Positions 57,755-64,000 of a stretch of DNA of 64,000 nt are shown piece after piece (position 1 is the first letter of the stretch; the number at the start of each line of letters is the position of its first letter). This DNA comes from Neocallimastix sp. 'constans' (taxonomy: Eukaryota): NCBI GenBank assembly GCA_050613775.1, contig JBODTK010000114.1, positions 434,001-498,000 of the forward strand, written 5' to 3'. The notes below the pieces were generated by a model, which saw only the letters and a list, made by a program, of their open reading frames with translations, was not told the origin of the DNA and searched no databases. A program made the translations under genes and the position numbers.

Positions 57755-58061
57755 TAAAGATTTAAATGTTAGTAATACTTTTTTTTTTTTTTTTTTTTTA
57801 AAAAAATATAAAATAAAGAAATTCCCATGGATATTAGCAGATGATGATTATTTAACACCAATACAGAGAAAAGAAGAAGAACAAGTAAGTGGAGGACGAT
57901 ATATAAATAAAGGAAAAGAAAGAATGGACGAAGATGAAAATGATGATAATGATGAAATTATGTATATAGATGAAAATGAAAATGTACCCCCACCAAAAAT
58001 AACGTCAATCTATTCTGTTAATAATCCTTCTGTAAAAATTCAATTATATGTTGAAGATTAA
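56133..58061 (+). CDS. REV7: HORMA-domain protein Rev7/MAD2L2; exons 56133-56190, 56480-56548, 56778-56890, 57146-57237, 57330-57415, 57591-57673, 57819-58061
   Basis: DIFCELLEVSTHLILYVTKVYP, REKYGTPVVMSRHPQLNGYI, KPVKRFV, FPWILAD and KIQLYVE match Rev7 motifs. All introns are GT-AG and in phase. Confidence 0.9.
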
Positions 58062-58901
58062 AATATTGATTATTAATATATATATATATATTAATAATAA
58101 TAATATTTTTTTTTAAAAAAAAAAAAAAAAGAAAAAAAAAAAAAGTTTATAATTAATTTAAAAATATAATTTTATCAATACTATTTTTGATCATCAATTT
58201 ATTAATTTATTAAAACCAAAAAAAAAATAAAATAAAATAAAGAAATTATTTATTAATAATTTCGTTCAAACTATTAAAGCAATTTAAAAAAAAAAAATTT
58301 ATATTATACTTTTTTAAAATATTCTTTAAAAAATTAAATAAAAATAAAATTTTATTTATTCCCCTTAAAACCATATATATATTAATTCCTTTCATATATA
58401 TTTATTTTTTATTTTTTGCTTTGTTTGCTAGTTTTTACTTTATTTAATAATAATAATTTAGATAAAAATAAAATATAAAAAAAAAAAAAAAAATACAAAG
58501 AGATATAATTTTTTTTTATTTTATTTTATTTTTTGGGGGGTGAGTAATTATTATAATTTATAAAACTTCACGATTCGACTATTTTTCTAGATACTGATAT
58601 ATATATATATATTTTTTTATCTTTTCTAATTTAAATTCTTTAATTACTATTATCTTTTATTATTATTATTATTTTTATTATTATTACTATTACATAATAT
58701 GTGATGAATCATAATATATCTAGATATTAATATATTTTTATCTTTTCTAATTTAAATTCTTTATTATTATCAGTTTTATTATCAATATTATTATTATTAC
58801 ATAATATGAAGAATCATAATAAATAAATTATAATAATAATAATAATACTAAAAAGCTTATGTTATTAAAGAAATGCACGGAATTTCAATTTTAATTTTTT
58901 T

Positions 58902-59498
58902 CTAAAAGGGTATTCTTAAACCGTCATAAGCTACTTTAACAGTTAAACCAGCATCTTTTAATTTTTGATTCTCTTCTAATTCTTTTGAAAGTTTTTCATG
59001 TTCCAAGTAATGTGCCATTCCAGTTAAATAACATGTTCCAGTTGGTTTAAGATTAATTAATTCATTTAATGCTTCATCTACTGAAAAATGTGATTTATGT
59101 GGATTATCTTATTTTAAAATTTAAATATATTAATATTTATTATATATATATTTTATTAATATAAAAAAAAAGATATATATATGATAATAATATATATTTG
59201 TAAAATATTAAAGTTTATAATACATATAATTAAAAAAAAAAAAAAAAAAAAATTATAATAATTACATCTTAAGGCATCAAGTATGACAACTGAACTTCCT
59301 TTTATAATTTCAAATGATGGTTCTGGGATTTTAACAGCATCTGATATATAACTAAAGTCATCAACACGGAAACCTAAACAGATAAATGGTTGGTCATGGA
59401 AGGTACCATGGTGAACTGTTTTATATGAAGTATGAATATATTTATTCATAAAAAAAAAATAAGTTTTAATAATGTTTCATTTTATTACATAAAAAATG

Positions 59499-59552
<54 letters not shown>

Positions 59553-60098
59553 TATTTACCTGGTATTGGTGTAATTTTAATATTATCAATATAGAAAGGT
59601 TTATCAATATCAATGACGTTAAAACGAAGTTGAGAAATATCACCACCCCCTTTTAAATAGATTATACCCAATACATAAATATGTATAAAATTATTATTTT
59701 TTATATAATATTAAAAGTCAAATATTAAATAAATTATGAAACCCACTTAATATATTATATAAATTATATATATATATTCTTTTTTTTAAAAAAAAAAAAA
59801 ATAATAAAATAAATAAATAAATAAATAAATACCTGAAGCTAAAGTTCTATTAATTAAATATGGAAAAGTATGAGAAACAACATCCATGCACTCTGCACTT
59901 AAATATATAGGTATATATTCTTGAACTTTATTTTCACCACCAATAGTCCATTGACGTAAATCATCTAAGCCTATTTATTTTAAATTAAAAATATAAAGAT
60001 TATTAACTTTAAATTAATTTTTTTTACTTTGAAAATAATAATTATCGAATTTTTGTTATTATTATCATTATTTTTGTTTTTCTGTTTTGTTTTTATAT

Positions 60099-60129
<31 letters not shown>

Positions 60130-60955
60130 TTATCTGAATTTTTTTTTTAAATTATATAAAATATTTACCAAGAATAGCATCTGCATGTCCATGTGTCAAT
60201 ATAACAGCATCAATTCTTCTAAAATTATATTTACTAAACCATTCCATAGAACTTTCATAAAATGTTTTACCAGCATCTATAACAATATTTCTTTATTATT
60301 ATTATTATTATTTTATTGAAATATATATTAAAATATATATTATTCATTTCAAAATTAATTATAAAAAAAAATAAAATAAAACAAGTTATTATTAATATAT
60401 TTTAAAATAATTGAATATTCATATATTTAATATAATTTATATTACTTTATAGAATTATCATCCATTCGAATACGTAAAAGACAAGAGGTATTTCTTCTTT
60501 TATTTGGATTGTACCAAACTTTTCCATCATCTCTGACAGTAAATTCTTGGGATAAAAGACATGTTTTACATTTTTTGCTCGGGTCAGTTAAACAACAGGT
60601 ATTTGGAATACCACCAGAAGTACCTTTAATTATAATTAATTTAAAAATTTATTTAAATAAATATATAATAATGTAATTATATAATAATGTAATATTTTTT
60701 AATAATAATAAATATATATATGTATATATATATATGCAAATAAATTATATATTCGAAAAAAGAAATTTCATTATATCATTCATTTATTTTACATTGCAAT
60801 TTTATATTATTTTTAATTTATTAAGGAATGTATATAATATGTAATATAATCAATTTTTTAAAAAATGATAATTTTATTAATAATTTATAAAAAAAAAAAT
60901 TTTTCTATAAAAATTTACCTGTTCCAAGTAATATTGCTTCTTCTAATTTAACCAT
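58902..60955 (-). CDS. Metallo-beta-lactamase fold hydrolase, PhnP-like; exons 60955-60919, 60623-60446, 60290-60169, 59970-59833, 59649-59560, 59415-59266, 59107-58902
   Basis: [66 protein letters not shown] and AYDGL. Confidence 0.9.
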
Positions 60956-62311
60956 TTTTACTGTTAATTTTTAATGTTTGATATATATTCAAATTTTATA
61001 AAATAATTTATTTATATATATTGATAAATTTAAAAATAGTTTGTAAAAATTAAATAAAATATGTTGACGTTTTCTAAACAGATTTATATATTTTTTATAT
61101 ATTTATGTTGTATTCTAAAAGGGGAAAAAAATAATGTACTTTTATTATTTTATAAAAGAAATTTATTGTAAATGAAATTGAAATTTTAGTTCAAAATAAT
61201 TTATTAAAATAATAAATAACTGAAAAATATATATGTTTTTTTATTATTATTAATTTGTTAAGATATGTATAAAAATAATATATATATTTGATAAAATGAA
61301 TTTAAAATATAAATTTTAAAAACAAGATTATTTGCTAATAGAGTTATAATAATTTTTTTTCTCTCTTATTTTTTTATTAATATTAATTTTATTTTTATTT
61401 TATTTTTTTTTTTAGAAAGAAATTTAAATCTTTTTATTATATATATATTTTTTTTAATAATTTATTTAATATATTGATAATTAATTATTATATATTAATT
61501 ATATTATTGCATATATATTATAGTATTATATCAATGATAAAAACAATTAAAAATATATTATTAGATTTTGATTCCTTAATATATAAATTATAATATTCTT
61601 TATAAAAAATAATAAATAATAAATAATAAATAATAAATAACAAATAATAAATAATAAATAGTAATAATAAATAATTAAAAAATAAATGATAATAAATAAT
61701 AATAAATAATAACAAATAACAAATGATGGTTAATAATTAATAATAGATAATACATTTATAAATATCATTAACATTATTATTAACATTATTACTTATTATT
61801 AAAAATTAAACTTTACGTTCATTACTTTATTAATTTAACATCGATTAATACTCTCTTATTATTTTAAATTATATACATTACTAATTATTTGACACAAAAG
61901 AATTTCTATCGATTGTATTTATTACTAAATATTATATATAAATGAATATATATGTAATTTAAATATCAAAAATTAAAAAATAAAAATTAAAAATTAAAAA
62001 TTTAAACTGCTTGACAATCTATAGGAATTCACATCAATTTACCCATCTATCAAAATTATTTTTTTTTTTTTACAAAGAAAAATACATATATTAGGAGATA
62101 AAAATAAAAAAAAATTCATATATAATTTTATTAATAATAAAATTTAAAAAATTTAATAAAAAATTTAATAATAATACTAATAGTAAATTAAATAATAAAT
62201 AATTAAGCATTTTCCTTTAATTAAAAAAAAAATAAGATTCCTCCATAATATTTAAATATTTACATTTATTTCTATTTATATCCATTTATTTATATTTATT
62301 TATATTTATAT

Positions 62312-62442
<131 letters not shown>

Positions 62443-62806
62443 TATATAATTTCACTTTTTCTTAAATCAATTTTCAACTTTTCATCTGTTCCGAGTTTAT
62501 CCATTCCTATAAATGTATTTGAAAATGTATTTTTAATGTGGCAAATGCCTCATTATTAAAAAATTAATGATAAATTCTTATTTAATTTATTAATATTTAA
62601 AGTTTTATAAAAAGATGGTTGATACATATAACTACATAATTACATTTTAATAGTTAATGGTTGTTTAAATCAAATTATTACTAATAATAATAATATATAT
62701 AAATATATTATGTATATATTATGAATATATAAAAAATATATTGTTTTCATTAAAATTTTATATTTTTATCTATATATATAAATATATATATATATAATTT
62801 TTTTAT

Positions 62807-63231
62807 ACTAGGATTAAGGAGAAGGGAGGACAATAGGACTTCTAGTCACTCCCTTAAGCATATCAGACTCTCATTGAATTCTTTGAGGTCCGGACTTCTC
62901 TCAAAGCAAGGCTAATATGGAAGATATTCCTTATACACCCCTTTATACAGCGGGCTTTTTCTCAGTGATCTCTCGAAACCATCATCGAAAGAGGAACGCC
63001 TACGCTAATCCTCTCAGAGATCAAGTGCTTCACTAATAATTATATAGTCTAGAGGAATACTTATCATGGCGAGCGAACAACCAACTTCATTTATAGAGGA
63101 AAATACCCATATAAATTCAGGAGGTGGTCGTGAGGTCAATCCAGAAACCTTATGTGTGTTTGTCCATAGTACTAACTATTGGGATAAAAACTGGAAAGAA
63201 ATCTATTATTAAGAAAATTTAACAAAGTTCC
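62807..63231 (+). mobile_element. GC-richer dispersed element with stem-loops followed by a truncated ORF start; family unknown
   Basis: Homologous to 9893-10342. Several inverted complementary segments. ATG at 63066 opens MASEQPTSFIEENTHINSGGGREVNPETLCVFVHSTNYWDKNWKEIYY*. Confidence 0.55.
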
Positions 63232-64000
63232 TTTTTTTTTTGTTAGATCAAGATATAAATTAAAAATAAAAAAAAAAATTTTTTTTTCATTTTATAAAAT
63301 TTTATTTTATTTAGCATTAGAATTTAATGAAAGAAAGATAATTATTTATATAATCTATTTACTTAACATATATAAATATTTTTAATAAACAATGGAGGCT
63401 TCAGTTTAATTAATTTATTTTATTTAAAAATGGTATTAATTACAATAAATTAAATATTAATTGTAGATTGATAATATATTTATGTTTATTAATTTTTTAA
63501 AAAAAAAATATTTTAAGGTTGATATAATTATTAATCTAATCAAACCCTTGATAAAAAGAAAAGAAAAAGACAAATTTAAGAATTAATATAAAAAGAAAAA
63601 TTAAAATAACAAAAAATTTATAATGAACTGAAATTTAACCTTCTTGTTTTTGTTCATTTATTTATACCTAAAAGCTTTTCGAAAGATATTCTTTTTTTTT
63701 TTTTTTTTTTTTTGGGAAGTTTAGTTCAATAATAAATTTTTAAAAATATAAAAAGGGTACATGGATAATTATAAAAGAAGAAAAGAATTTAATAATAATA
63801 ATAACGTTAACAAACTAAAATAATAAAGGAATTGTAGCTTCTTTAAATCATTGAATTAAAAAAAAAAAAAAATTCATGAAATAGTAAACGTTAATAATTA
63901 ATTTAATATATGTTGATTTTTTAATTACTTTTTATTTATTTATTTTTTTTTTAAAAAAAAAAAAAAAAATACAATCTTAATAGTTCACAATACATATAAA

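Overview
Extremely AT-rich, intron-containing eukaryotic DNA full of homopolymers and microsatellites. The composition, a fungal dockerin (CBM10-like) protein, an ISU1 with a targeting presequence and bacterial-type flavodoxins point to an anaerobic gut fungus (Neocallimastigomycota); this is an inference. Eleven spliced host genes were reconstructed by hand from GT-AG sites and reading frame: two flavodoxins, a secreted five-dockerin protein with a GPI-like tail, ISU1, a Prs5-type PRPP synthetase subunit, an Asn-rich unknown protein, an EamA/SLC35G transporter with an in-frame TAG, SNF5, fumarase, REV7 (not recovered by the ORF track) and a PhnP-like metallo-beta-lactamase-fold hydrolase. An accessory block at about 13.3-17.6 kb looks like a decayed DNA-virus or Polinton-like insert (D5-like SF3 helicase, Asn-Ile-Ala heptad coiled coil) with a Ty1/copia gag-protease-integrase fragment inside it. 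Also present are a structured GC-richer element in two diverged copies (about 9.9-10.3 kb and 62.8-63.2 kb), a probable MITE, intronic hairpins and local tandem duplications. No tRNA, rRNA or CRISPR array was recognised. Exon boundaries are manual and unverified.
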